Assembly: GCA_951406725.2 (NCBI GenBank)
Contig: OX597841.1
Coordinates: forward strand, 26,412,001 to 26,476,000
Direction of reading: 5' to 3'
Length of the DNA: 64,000 nt
Origin: Octopus vulgaris
Taxonomy: Eukaryota
The translations under genes were made by a program, and so were the position numbers. The first letter of the stretch is position 1, and every line of letters begins with the position of its first letter. Of the stretch, positions 40,901 to 54,241 are shown piece after piece. Below the pieces are notes generated by a model, which saw only the letters and a list, made by a program, of their open reading frames with translations, was not told the origin of the DNA and ran no database searches.

Positions 40901-41356
40901 GGGATAGATGTATATGTATAGAAGCCTTAAACATACCGTACACTCAACTTTACTGAGTCTCGTCATTGTTTGACAAACCACATGTTGAGGCACAACTCGC
41001 GGGCACCGACCGAGGTCGGCGCCGACCTCCGTTATTTACCACATTACTTCATACATCGATTCAGATACTCGCCCCCCCCCCCCCACGCATTCACCCAGGA
41101 ATTTACCTACGAATCCATCCATGGCACACACCAATAACATTACTTCCACTCATGTATACTGTGAGCCTAGTTGGCATTGCAAACATTCGTTGTTTATTAA
41201 TAAGGTTTTTTTTTATGTGATATAACATGTATGTATGTATGTATGTATATGCATACATGAATGTATATATGTATATATATATATATATATATAAGTGTAA
41301 ATATGCATGTATCTGTGTAAGTGTAAATATGCATGTATCTGTGTGTGTGCGTGTGC

Positions 41357-41387
<31 letters not shown>

Positions 41388-41581
41388 TATACATATATGT
41401 ATATATATGTTTATATATATACATATATATGTATTGTTATGTGATTTTAAATATGTGCATATATGTATGTATCTATGTATATATTTTTATGAATATAGGT
41501 ATATATATATATGCATATATATATAAACATATATAGGCATGTATATATGCGTATATATACATATATATGCATACATATAAA

Positions 41582-41616
<35 letters not shown>

Positions 41617-41803
41617 TCATTCATATATATCTAAAAGAAAAAATTAAGATAAGTCTCCAAAGAAATTAATTAGAAAATAATCAAATGTATGAACAAAGAT
41701 TGTTTACGTTGCTACAGCTCGGCCGTAACCCTCTCACGTATCAAGAGCTATTATAAAGTAATATAAGAGCACCATGAAACTAATGTATATATATATTTTT
41801 TAA

Positions 41804-41839
<36 letters not shown>

Positions 41840-41914
41840 CAAATATACATACAAATATAAATATATATATATATATGTATATATATACATACAAATATAA
41901 ATATATATATTTAC

Positions 41915-41968
<54 letters not shown>

Positions 41969-41976
41969 ATATATAT

Positions 41977-42010
<34 letters not shown>

Positions 42011-42198
42011 ATATACATACACACACATTATACTTTTATTCTTACATAATTTCCTTTTTACTTTGTTTTACAAGTTTTTCAAGTATTTTGTTGCGGACAT
42101 ACTGTAGCGGGACCCTGTAAAAACACTTTCAGATACCCTCTTTATAAACCCCATCACGCCCTATATGTATATATATATATTTATACATATACACTCAC

Positions 42199-42285
<87 letters not shown>

Positions 42286-42327
42286 CACTCACATATATCT
42301 ATATATATACACATATACACTCACATA

Positions 42328-42374
<47 letters not shown>

Positions 42375-42580
42375 ATATAATCTAGTAAAAAATTTAGATT
42401 CAGATGAATATGGCGCTTAAGTTGAGGCACCGGAATTTAGTTCGGTATTATCCATACAATTTCAAAATAAGGTGATTAAACTCAAAATAAGCAACAAGGA
42501 TATCCTTGTCGCTTATTTCCATTTGATATCTATCTATATATATATATAAAATTTATTCTCTGTATATTTCCCTGCCATAT

Positions 42581-43290
42581 ACTAGCATTCGTCCCGATTC
42601 TAACCCGCCCATGACCACTACTGCCGACTATGTGATTTGCTTGAGTGAATCCTCTGTGCGTTTGTGCGCAAAGTTTTTGCAGGGGTCGCTAATGGGTTAT
42701 ACACCTTTCTCTCAGGTAGTATGGTGATATTTATGGCCCCATTCCGAAAATCTCTGTTCCCCAAAATAACGTCAGTATCTGGTTTTAACTTTTCTTGTTT
42801 CGGTTGTGAAAAGAGCGTTGGAGTGGTGCATATTTTTTTTTTCCGGGGGTATTTCATAGCCCTTTGCTACCCCAAAAACTGTTACGGATGCTTGTTGTGT
42901 TGATGGTTCCCTGTGTTAACATTTGCCGTGTGGATATAGAAGTTTTAAATTCAGGCCCGTTGTTCAATCCCTTTTCTAACCCGCAGAATAACACCGATGC
43001 TTATTCTTGTTCAAAGGGTCCTAGACAGGTATATTTTGTTTTAATGGGTGCCCGATTCTACCCCTTTTCTATCCACAATGTGTTGTTCTGGTGATGATGG
43101 TGGGTGTTGTTAACATCTGTCAGGTAGACGTACAAGTTTTAATTTCAAGGGTCGCTGTCCTACCCACCTTTTTAATCCACAAAATAATACGGAAGTTCAT
43201 TGTTGTTATTGTAATTAAAAAAGGGCCAGGAAGGGTAGACAGTTTTTCTTTCAGGGTCGGATTGTACCCGATTGTATCTGCAAAATACGA
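42581..43290. mobile_element. Unclassified element with a diverged ~190-bp internal dimer (possibly Helitron-like)
   Basis: Starts ACTAG...CCCG; 42892-43070 resembles 43079-43270. Confidence 0.3.
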
Positions 43291-43319
43291 GTATTCATTG
43301 TTGACGTCCTTGCTGCAGT

Positions 43320-43700
43320 CGTGGCACTCCGTCGGTTGCGACAACGAGGGTTCCAGTTGGTCCGATCAACGGAGCAGCCTGCTCGTGAAATTAACGTGCA
43401 GGTGGCTGAGCACTCCACAGACACATGTAACCCTTAACGTAGTTCTCAGGTGAGATTCAGCGTGACGTAGAGTGTAACAGAGCTGGCCCTTTGAAATACA
43501 GGTACAAGAGAAACAGGAAGAAAGGGCGAGAGAAAGTTATGGTGAAAGAGTACAGCAGGGTTCGCGACACCCACCCCTGCCGGAGCCTCGTGGAGCTTTT
43601 GGTGTTTCGGCTCAATAAACACTCACAATACTCGGTCTGGGAATCGAAATCGCGATCCCACGATCGCGAGTCCGCTGCCCTAACCACTGGACCATTGTAC
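43320..43700 (-). mobile_element. tRNA-derived SINE family C, tail type 2
   Basis: Head and body as at 10927, then an unrelated ~190-bp tail. Confidence 0.85.
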
Positions 43701-43792
43701 ATCCACTTTTGCTGTAGTAAACAGACACCAGACGGGATTTCAAGATCTTAGTCAGGGATCGGCTTGTCCCCCTGTTATCTCATAATATAAAC

Positions 43793-44083
43793 CAATGGTC
43801 CTCAACCGGGGTCCTATGATCCGTGGGGGGTCCCTATAAGATTCCGTTGTTAAAGTTTATATGGAATAAATAGGTTGCACTTCTGTAATACACAAAATAT
43901 TAAAAAAGTAATTTATACAACTCAGGAGTGGCTGTGTGGTAAGTAGCTTGTTTACCAACCACATGGTTCCGGGTTCAGTCCCACTGCGTGGCACCTTGGG
44001 CAAGTGTCTTCTGCTATAGCCTCGGGCCGACCAATGCCTTGTGAGTGGATTTGGTAGACGGAAACTGAAAGAAACCCGTCGTA

Positions 44084-44139
<56 letters not shown>

Positions 44140-44482
44140 TGCGTGTGTTTGTGTGTCTGTGTTTGTCCCCTAGCATTGCTTGACAACCAATGCTGGTGTG
44201 TTTACGTCCCCGTTACTTAGCGGTTCGGCAAAAAGAGACCGATAGAATGAGTACTGGAGCTTACAAACGAATAAGTCCCAGGGTCGATTTGCTCGATTAA
44301 AAGGCGGTGCTCCAGCATGGCCGCAGTCAAATGACTGAAACAAGTAAAAGAGTTAAAGAGTAAAAGAGTAACTCTGAATAATATTTAATTACAGAAATAT
44401 AATGGGGCTTCTTAAAATTTCGAAAGGCTCTTAAAATATCGAAAGGGTTCGGGTCCATAAGCAAAAAGGTTGAGAGCCTGTG
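43793..44482 (+). mobile_element. Old hAT-like MITE (second family) interrupted by a full SINE A (43924-44370)
   Basis: Degenerate TIRs CAATGGTCCTCAACC...GGTTGAGAGCCTGTG; homologous to the copies at 47101 and 59536. Confidence 0.7.
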
Positions 44483-44643
44483 ATACAAATCAATTTTGAT
44501 GCTTGGTCCCAGATTAAAGAAGATAGAGCAGAGTCGAACATATGAAAGACGTTCCACCTTCGACCGTCCAGATTCATTTCAAACCCACTTGCTAGTTTTC
44601 AGTTTATCCACGCATTTTTTCATATATGTGTTTTTGTTTTTAG

Positions 44644-44689
44644 AGATCATGGATCAAGAGCTAAACCCTTTATGGAGGGAAAACCTAAG
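44644..44689 (+). CDS. Candidate 46-nt internal exon (xIMDQELNPLWRENL, C2-domain-like, or DHGSRAKPFMEGKPK)
   Basis: Strong acceptor gtttttgtttttag| and donor AAG|gtaacc. One frame resembles the C2-domain LNPxWxE motif. Confidence 0.45.
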
Positions 44690-44741
44690 GTAACCCCATG
44701 AACCGGCCTTCCCCATTTTTAAGATATATATATATATGTAC

Positions 44742-44815
<74 letters not shown>

Positions 44816-44999
44816 TGTGTGAGAGAGAGAGTGTGTGTGAGGGAGTGTGTGTGTGAGAGAGAGGGAGTGTGTGTGTGTGAGAGAGAGAGAGAGTGTGTGT
44901 GTGTATGTGAGAGAGGGTGTGTGTGTGTGTGAGGGAGTGTGTGTGTTTGAGAGAGTGTGTGTGAGAGAGAGAGTGTGTGTGTGAGTGTGTGTGTGTGAG

Positions 45000-45049
<50 letters not shown>

Positions 45050-45504
45050 GTGATTCTAATATTCACCCACAAGTGAAGACGCGAGTTTTAGTGGTTAGGG
45101 CGTTTTCACCGGCGGTGCGTTTGTGTTTTTGAGCAAAAAAAAAAAAAAAAATTTTTTTAATGAAACCCACTACATTTTACCTTGTCACAGTCTGGTCAGC
45201 CGTAAATCGACGACCCTACGACGGACAGGCGCCCCATTCAGAAGGCGAGTTGTGATCTCGATCGCTTATATAATGTGGGGCCCGAGTGACCAGGCCTATA
45301 AGTCCTAGGACCTGAAAAACAATGTCCAGAGGGAGGCGGAGATGATGATGATTCACCAACAGGTGTTTCATCCAATTTGGGTGAAAATCTCGGGTTTTCG
45401 TGGCACCACCTTCCACCCCTTCTCTGTCCCAGAAATCCCCTGTCACTAACAATTTTTTGTTGTGAGCTTTTCATCCAATGCTTCCTTCCCCTTCTTCAAA
45501 CAGG

Positions 45505-46040
45505 ACCCTTAATGTAAAAATCCACCTATCACCCTCATCCGTGAGACCTTGATGCGAAAATCCATTTATTATCTTTCTCCGTGGCCCTTAATATTCATCG
45601 CCCTTGTTCGTAGCCCTTTGATACAAAAATCCACCCGTCTCCTTCATCCGCGGAACCTTTATCGAAAACTACCCTTCTGTGGCTCTTAATACATATCGCC
45701 CTCATCCTTAGCCCTTTCATAGAAAAATCCACCTATCACGTTTATCCCTAACCCTTAATATTTATCGCCCTTGTTCGTAGCCCTTTGATACAAAAATCCA
45801 CCCGTCTCCTTAATCCGCGGAACTTTAATCGAATACTGCCCTTCTGTGGCTCTTAATACAAAAATCCACCTATCACGTTTATCCCTAACCCTTAATACAG
45901 AATTCCGTTTAATTGTTACTGGAAACCCTTAATTCAAAGATCCACCTATGAGCTTTGTGCATGGTCCTTAATGCAAAAATAATAATAAAAAAACCAACAC
46001 ATGTATCACCCTCATCCGTGTCCCCTTTGAGACAAAAATA
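45505..46040. repeat. Degenerate ~27-41-bp minisatellite with a ~167-bp higher-order duplication
   Basis: About 14 units of cc(t)ttaat..aaaaatccacc..c.catccg. Confidence 0.8.
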
Positions 46041-47100
46041 CAGAAAAAAAAAACCTCAATTATTTTCGTTGTTATAAATCTCAATTTCGGTGTTCAAATC
46101 CTGTGGCTTTGTCCCCTCCAGGGTCGTTTGAGTAGAGTACCAGTCAGGTACTGAGGTCTGTATAATCGACTGAGCCTGTCCCCTACCAAAAGCAAAATTC
46201 TAGTCTTCTACATAAGTAGAAGACTAGAATAACAGATGACGGGAACGGAGCGGGGTTTTGCAGAATCTGTAGAACACCCAACAGAAAATTATGGAGCTTT
46301 TCGTCGTTATGAATCTTTACGTTTTGAGTTCAAATCCTGCCGAGGTCACTTTGCTTTTCATACTTTCGGGGGTCGAGAAAAAAATAAAGTATGAGTCAAA
46401 TACCGGTGATCAATAGTATCGAACGATCCCTTCCTTTCAAAATTATTGCCCCCACCATTTAAGGCGGCGAGCTGTAAGAATCATCACCACATCGGACGAA
46501 ATGCTTAGCGTCGTTTATTCCGACTCTTGACGTTCAGGTTTCGAATCCGACTGAGATCCCATCAAAAATCGCTAAAATAAAGTACCAGTCGGAATCTGAG
46601 GTCGCTAACAGCGACCGAGCCCTTCCTTTCGAAATTCTGGGATTTGTACCTTAAACTGGAAACGAGGCGTAGGTGTGGTTGTGTGGTAAGAAAGCTTGCT
46701 TCCCAACCACATGGTTCCGGGTTCAGTCCCATTGCGCGGTGTCTTATACTATAATCTCGAACCGACCAAAGTCCCGTGAGTGATTTTGACTGACGGAAAC
46801 TGAAAGAAGCCCATCGTATATATATATTATATTATATGATATATGAGAGAGGGAGAGACAGACACGCGCGCGCGCACTCACAAACATACGTACATATGTG
46901 TGCGTGTGTGTGTGTTCCTGTATGTGCCTTTCTATTAGTCCTCCGCCATCGCTTGATAATCGGTGTTGGTTTGTTTTCGTTCCCTTAACATAGCGGTTCG
47001 GCATGTGCAGAGTGTAATTTGAGAGAGAATTGGCTGCTGTTTCTAACAGATCTAGCTGCCATGTAGAGGTCTCTCTCGTCGACGCATACATGCATTAAAC

Positions 47101-48191
47101 CAGGGATCATCAACCGGGTCCATGTGACCCTTAATTGGGTCCCTACAAGATTTGGTTGTTAAAATTCACGTGCAAGAAATTTGTCATTCTTCTACAGTAC
47201 ACAAAATATATTAACAATTTCTTTTAATGAAGTTCCTTATAATTATTGCAAATTTTTGCCACAAGGGCAGCTTGGGGCAGGTGGGGATGAGTCGATTACA
47301 TCGACCCCAGTGTTTAACTGGTACTTATTTAATCGACCCCGAAAGGATGAAAGGCAAAGTCGACCTCGGCGGAGTTTGAACTCAGAACGCAGCGACGGGC
47401 GAAATACCTATTTCTTTACTACCCACAAGGGGCTAAACACAGAGAGGACAAACAAGGACAGACATAGGTATTAAGTCGATTATATCGACCCCAGTGCGTA
47501 ACTGGTACTTATTTAATCGACCCCGAAAGGATGAAAGGCAAAGTTGACCTCGGCAGAATTTGAACTCAGAACGTAGCGACGGGTGAAATACCGGTGAGCA
47601 TTTCCTCCAGCGTGATGGCCACCCCTTATGATTTTTATTCTCATGATCTTTTGTTCTTTTAATTGTTTCAGTCATTTGACTGCAGCCATGCTGGAGCATC
47701 GCCTTTTACTCGAACAAACTGACCCCTGGACTTAATCTTTGGAAGCCTAGTACTTATCCTACCGGCTTCTTTTACCGGCCTCTTTTTACCGGCCTCCTTT
47801 ACCGCCTCCTTTACCGGCCTCTTTTACTGCCTCTTTTACCGACCTCTTTTCCCGAACGTAAATATACCAACATCGGTTGTCAAGCGATGGTGGGGGACAG
47901 ACACAGCCCCCACCCACATATATATATACGATGGGCTTCTTTCAGTTTCCGTCTACCAAATCCACTCACAAGGGTTTGGTCGGCCCGAGACTATTTTAGA
48001 CGACACTTGCCCAAGGTGTCACGCTATAGGACTGAACTCGAAACCATGTGGTTGGTAAGCAAGCTTCTTAACACACAGCCACAAAATATCATAATAGGAT
48101 CTTTTTAAAACATGGAATCGCTATGAGGGGTCAATTTCCCTAAAATAGAAGCCAAAGTGGTCCATAGGTGCAAAATGATTGAGAAACACTG
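47101..48191 (+). mobile_element. Old hAT-like MITE carrying a SINE B dimer (47258-47612, -) and a SINE A (47650-48082, -)
   Basis: TIRs CAGGGATCATCAACC...GATTGAGAAACACTG; imperfect TSD cattaaac/cattagat. Confidence 0.7.
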
Positions 48192-48284
48192 CATTAGATA
48201 GCAGACTGGGTTGTTATTTCTAGCAGCTCTACTGCCACGTAGGGGTCTCCCTCACTGTCTCATACAGAGAAACACATATGATAG

Positions 48285-48770
48285 TTGGCTGTATTTGAGA
48301 GAGATTTGGCTGCTATTTCTAGCAGATCTAATTACCACGTAGAGATTTCTCCTTCATTAGCTCATACCTATGCATACATAAGCCAGTAAGATGTATTTGA
48401 GGGAGATTTGGCTGCTATTTCTAGTAGATTTTATTACCACTAGAGATTTCTCCTTCATTAGCTCATACCTGTACATACATAAGCCAGTACGATGTATTTG
48501 AGAGAGATTTGGCTGCTATTTCTAACAGATCTAATTACCACGTAGAGATTTCTCCTTCATTAGCTCATACCTGTACATACATAAGCCAGTACGATGTATT
48601 TGAGGGAGATTTGGCTGCTATTTCTAACATATCTTATCAACCACATAGAGGTCTTCCTCGTTGGCTCATACATACACATATACATACCAGTAGGGTGTAT
48701 TTGAGCGAAATTTGGCTGCTATTTCTACCCGCTTTTATGTGTCATGTAGAGTTCTTCCATATTGGCTCAT
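48285..48770. repeat. Tandem ~101-bp units of dispersed repeat E
   Basis: Core tttgagggagatttggctgctatttcta; units at 48390, 48491, 48593. Confidence 0.88.
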
Positions 48771-49162
48771 TCATACATACATACGTACATACATACATGC
48801 ATACATACATACACACACACACACATACATACACTCATACATAAACACATAGACACACATACATACATACTTACACACACATACATACATACACACACAT
48901 ACATACATACACACATACATACATACATACACACATACATACACACACACACACATACATACATACATACATACACACACACATACATACATACACACAC
49001 ACACATACATACATACATACATACATACATACATACATACATACACACATACATACATACATACACACACATACATACATACATACACACACATACATAC
49101 ATACATACACACACACATACATACACACACATACATACATACACACACATACATACGTACAT

Positions 49163-49199
<37 letters not shown>

Positions 49200-49359
49200 T
49201 ACATACATACATACATACATACATACATACATACATACATACATACATACATACATACATACGATTTGGGCCATGATATGAAGATTTGGTTAATATTTCT
49301 AGCTACCCTGTAGAAGCCTCCCTCATTCGCTCACCACACACACACACACACACACAAGA

Positions 49360-50040
49360 CCGTAGGTTGCGATTTGAGGGTGATTTGACTGTTATTTCTC
49401 TCGGGTCTTGCTCCCATGTAGATGCCTCTTTCATTGGATCATACATACATGCATACATCAGCCTGTACGATGTGATTTGAGGGCGATTTGGCTGCTATTT
49501 CTACAAAGTTTAGCTATCATGTAGAAGGCTGCCTTGCTGGCTCATATATATACATACATAAAGCAGTAGGGTGTAATTTGTGGGAGATTTGGCATCTATT
49601 TCTACAAGTTCTAGCTACCATGTAGACGTCTACCTTATTGGTTCATACAGATGTACATATATGAGATAGTAGGATGCGATTTGAGGGAGATTTGGCTGCT
49701 ATTTCTACAAGTTCTAGCTACCATGTAGACGTCTACCTTATTGGTTCATACAGATGTACATATATGAGATAGTAGGATGCGATTTGAGGGAGATTTGGCT
49801 TCAATTTCTACAAGTTCTAGCTACCATGTAGACGTCTACCTTATTGGTTCATACAGATGTACATATATGAGATAGTAGGATGCGATTTGAGGGAGATTTG
49901 GCTGCTATTTCTACAAGTTCTAGCTACCATGTAGACGTCTACATTATTGGTTCATACAGATGTACATATATGAGATATTAGGTTGCGATTTGAGGGAGAT
50001 TTGGCTGCTATTTTTACCAGTTGTAGCTACTATGTGTAGT
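49360..50040. repeat. Tandem 103-bp units of dispersed repeat E
   Basis: Near-identical units at 49669, 49772, 49875. Confidence 0.9.
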
Positions 50041-50097
50041 ATATACATATGCATGCATACATGCATAAGACTATACGGTTTCCAATCGGCGCCGATA

Positions 50098-50139
<42 letters not shown>

Positions 50140-50456
50140 TGATACAGTATAGCACGGGGGTGGCTCTGTGGTAAGTAGCTTGCTTCCCAACCACATGGTC
50201 CTGGGTTCAGTCCCACCGGGTGGTACCTTAGGCAAGTGTCTTCTACTATAGCCGCAGTCAAATGAGTGGAACAAGAGAATAAAAGAGTAACAAATTAGTT
50301 ATACTAATGACTTTTTTTATACAATTCTTCTGACTGTGGCCATGCTGGGGCACCGCGATTTAATTATAGAGATTATGTGTGTGTGTGTGCTGTGTGTGTA
50401 TGTATGAATGCTGAATGTATGTATGTGTATATACATATGCATGCATACATGCATAC

Positions 50457-50530
<74 letters not shown>

Positions 50531-50710
50531 GCTGTTTACCAACCACATATATATGTATATATAAGTCTCGGGCGACCAAAGCCTTGTGAGTGGAGTTGCT
50601 CGATATATATAAATATGCGTGTGTGTGTTTGTGCGTCTGTGTGTCCCCCTAGCATGGCCGCAGTCAAATGACTGAAACAAGTAAAAGAATAAAAGCGGTG
50701 TCAATGCGCA

Positions 50711-50755
<45 letters not shown>

Positions 50756-50775
50756 TAGATATTTTTTTTACAAAA

Positions 50776-50820
50776 ACACTGCTACTCAGAGTTACACGTT
50801 TCCGTTCGTCAGGTAGTTGT
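50776..50820 (-). ncRNA. Minimal type I hammerhead ribozyme-like motif with one core change
   Basis: Minus strand: CUGACGA-ACG(GAAA)CGU-GUAA-CUC(U)GAG-UA; partial stem I. Confidence 0.6.
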
Positions 50821-50945
50821 GACTAAGACACTTGATCACAAATGTCCGTTTGCAGTTTTAATAAAAATCTACTTTCTGTATTCGAGTACTATTTTCTTTT
50901 CCGCTTTGTTTTGCATTTATATGCTTACTCGTCTGTGTGTGTGTT

Positions 50946-50995
<50 letters not shown>

Positions 50996-51179
50996 AGTAG
51001 ACAAATGAATTATCTTATTACGGATAATTCGAGAGATAACCGATACCTGGGTAGCAAAATTCACAACAGAAAGGACACGGTTGAAGTTACGACCATAGGG
51101 CATATACTCCGTGCCTTAGTGCGGAAATTTGAAGTTTTATATATTAAGTATAGGAAAGAATGGAGCTGAACGAAGATAC

Positions 51180-51226
<47 letters not shown>

Positions 51227-51237
51227 ACTTTTTCGAT

Positions 51238-51308
51238 GGCCTGATATCTGAAGAGATGGCGGAGTGGGTTTCCGCCCCGACATCCGAAACTCGGAGTTTT
51301 ATCATGGC
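51238..51308 (+). ncRNA. Type I hammerhead ribozyme-like motif in a Penelope-like end
   Basis: CUGAAGA, stem II GAUG..GGCGGA/UCCGCC..CAUC, GAAA, CUC(G)GAG, UU; stem I GCCUGAUA/UAUCAUGGC. Confidence 0.7.
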
Positions 51309-51440
51309 TACCGAATAATTGTCATATATTATATTTACGGGCTTCTTTCAGTTTCCGCCTACCAAATTCTCTCACAAAGCTTTGGTCGGCTCGAGGCTTT
51401 AGAAGAAGACACTTGCCCAAGGTACCACGCAGTGCGACTG

Positions 51441-51493
<53 letters not shown>

Positions 51494-52114
51494 CATACAT
51501 ACATACATACATACATACATACATACATACATACATACATACATACATAAGCATACTTTTATGTGTGTATACACATATATGTGTACAAATTTAAACCTAT
51601 ATACACAGAGAAACACATAGAGAAGTATATGAATAGGTTCATATGTATATATTATATTTTATTTGTATTTTATATAATATACGCATGCATATTCTACACA
51701 CACACACGTATATATGTTGAGTGCATGTGATGTATAATAAGAATATATAATTCGTTGCATATAAGCGAAATTATATAATATGGATATATACGTTATACGT
51801 ATATGTTATTTAATATATATTTATATAACATACGCTGTATATACCGTATTCATTATAGTATATATACATAAATATATATAATTATATATACAATTTGACT
51901 CAAACATGCACACACACACAGATATTTATATATACATATTTATATTTATATATATTATAAATGTATAGCCCGATATAATTGCATGGTGTATAGAATGCGT
52001 ATCCTATGCATCTATATACAAATAGACATTCATGCTTGTGTGTGTGTGTATATATACCCACTCTCTCTTTCGCTCTCTCGCACGCACGCAGCACACACAC
52101 ACACACCCACACAC

Positions 52115-52179
<65 letters not shown>

Positions 52180-52921
52180 TGCATACATACCACATCTGTA
52201 TATCTAACCCTACTGCTAACCGTGAAAACTGTAAAATAATTTTTTTTGTTTTAGCCTATCGGTCATTTTTGCCGAACCGCTAGATTACAGGGACGTAAAC
52301 GCACCAACATCGTCTACCAAGCGATGGGAAAATGTTACAACCATCTGCACCAATAAACCACTGGTGTTACTGAATGTTGTTTTTTTATATTCCTTCTACC
52401 GACTGCTGGAAGCTTACTAAATTCCTACACATTGACCCTTCGATATATACGTACATACATACATACATACATACATACATACATACATACATACATACAT
52501 ACATACATGTATATATATGTATATATATATATATGAAAGTGTAAGTGGAGAATGAGTAAAGCACCCGTACAGTTTCGGTTACCTGTTGTTATCCGTAGAT
52601 TGCAGGTATTTCATAGTGGCGGTTGAAGTAACAATATTAAAATTATAATTAGGTATTTATATGCATGTATATATATATATATGTATGCATATATGTATAT
52701 ATATATATATATATATATTAGAAGAAATGAGGTACTCAGAAAATCGGATGGTTTATATTTACAGATATTTATTTGTATATTACATGTTTTTATACATCAT
52801 ATAACTTAGATCATGTATTAGCGCTTTCTCCCATTCTAGTGGGGTTTTCAAATCAAACTAAGTTCCCGTGTGAAAAGTTTTGACCATTTTATAGTGGTAT
52901 CGAGTTTGTAGTGGTGGGGAG

Positions 52922-52971
<50 letters not shown>

Positions 52972-53090
52972 TTTAAGTAGATAAATGAATTATCTTATTA
53001 CGGATAATTCGAAAGATAACCGATACCTGGGTAGCAAATAAAATAAAGGAATTTTGTTAAATCTTCGTTCAGCTCCATTCTTTCCTATAC

Positions 53091-53213
<123 letters not shown>

Positions 53214-53252
53214 CTGTATGTATGCATGAACAGACACAACACGCACTCTTAC

Positions 53253-53333
53253 ATCATAGATTTTCTGGACACCCGTGGTGTGGTCCTGAAACTCTTCCAA
53301 ATTTCCTCGGCCGCCCGAATAGTTTACTGGTAC
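53253..53333 (-). CDS. Candidate 81-nt frame-preserving exon ([27 protein letters not shown])
   Basis: Acceptor tattctgctcaag|, donor GAT|gtaaga; only the phase-0 frame is open. Confidence 0.3.
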
Positions 53334-53676
53334 CTTGAGCAGAATAGCTCCTTGCACGGAACATAATTTATGATTTTACGTATCATTTGAACTAACGTAC
53401 CTCTACTTGTATTTCGTTTAATTACTGAAGTAAATGATAATCATTGTTTTAATTAAGAGTGCTTTACTTCTGGTGACCAACGTTGGTTCCGAACAAACCC
53501 AATTCATTCGCAAAAGCTCTGGAATTTTTGTTCCTTTATTTTGATGCAATTAAATTTTTAAAGAATGAAATAATTAAGAAAAAAAAATGGTAAGTTGTAT
53601 GTGAAATAATTAAGATATCATCAACCTTTTCTATACCAAACTACCTGATATCAATTTTACAATTGTCTCATTTACA

Positions 53677-53708
<32 letters not shown>

Positions 53709-53747
53709 CGCACGTCTATTTATATGTACACTCACACACACATATAC

Positions 53748-53933
53748 ATGCTTAGCGGTATTTCGTCTGTCGTTACGTTCTGAGTTCAAATTCCGCCGAG
53801 GTCGACTTTGCCTTTCATCCTTTCGGGGTCGATAAATAAAATACCAGTTTCGCACTGGGGGCGATGTAATCGACTTAATCCGTTTGTCTGTCCTTGTTTG
53901 TCCCTACTATGTTTAGCTCCTTGTGGGCAATAA

Positions 53934-53940
<7 letters not shown>
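53748..53940 (+). mobile_element. SINE family B, 5'-truncated
   Basis: Family body and tail. Confidence 0.85.
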
Positions 53941-53982
<42 letters not shown>

Positions 53983-53994
53983 TATATATATATT

Positions 53995-54206
53995 CTTTTA
54001 TTCTTTTATTCTTTCACTTTTTACTGTTATTTGATTGCGGCCATGCCGGAGCACCGCATTGACACCCCAGCTCCCCCGGGACTAATTTCTTAAGCCTAGT
54101 AATTATTGTATCAGCCTCTCTTGCCGGACCGCTAATATACGGGTGGACGTAAACACTCCTACACCGGTTGTCAAGCAGTGATGTGGTGCACAAACACAGA
54201 CGCAAA

Positions 54207-54241
<35 letters not shown>

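Noticed and set aside
45505-46040. CRISPR-like repeat/spacer appearance (also considered for 14555-15522 and 60240-64000)
   Set aside because: Repeats are not identical, the intervening parts are homologous to each other, there are no cas genes, and the context is eukaryotic.
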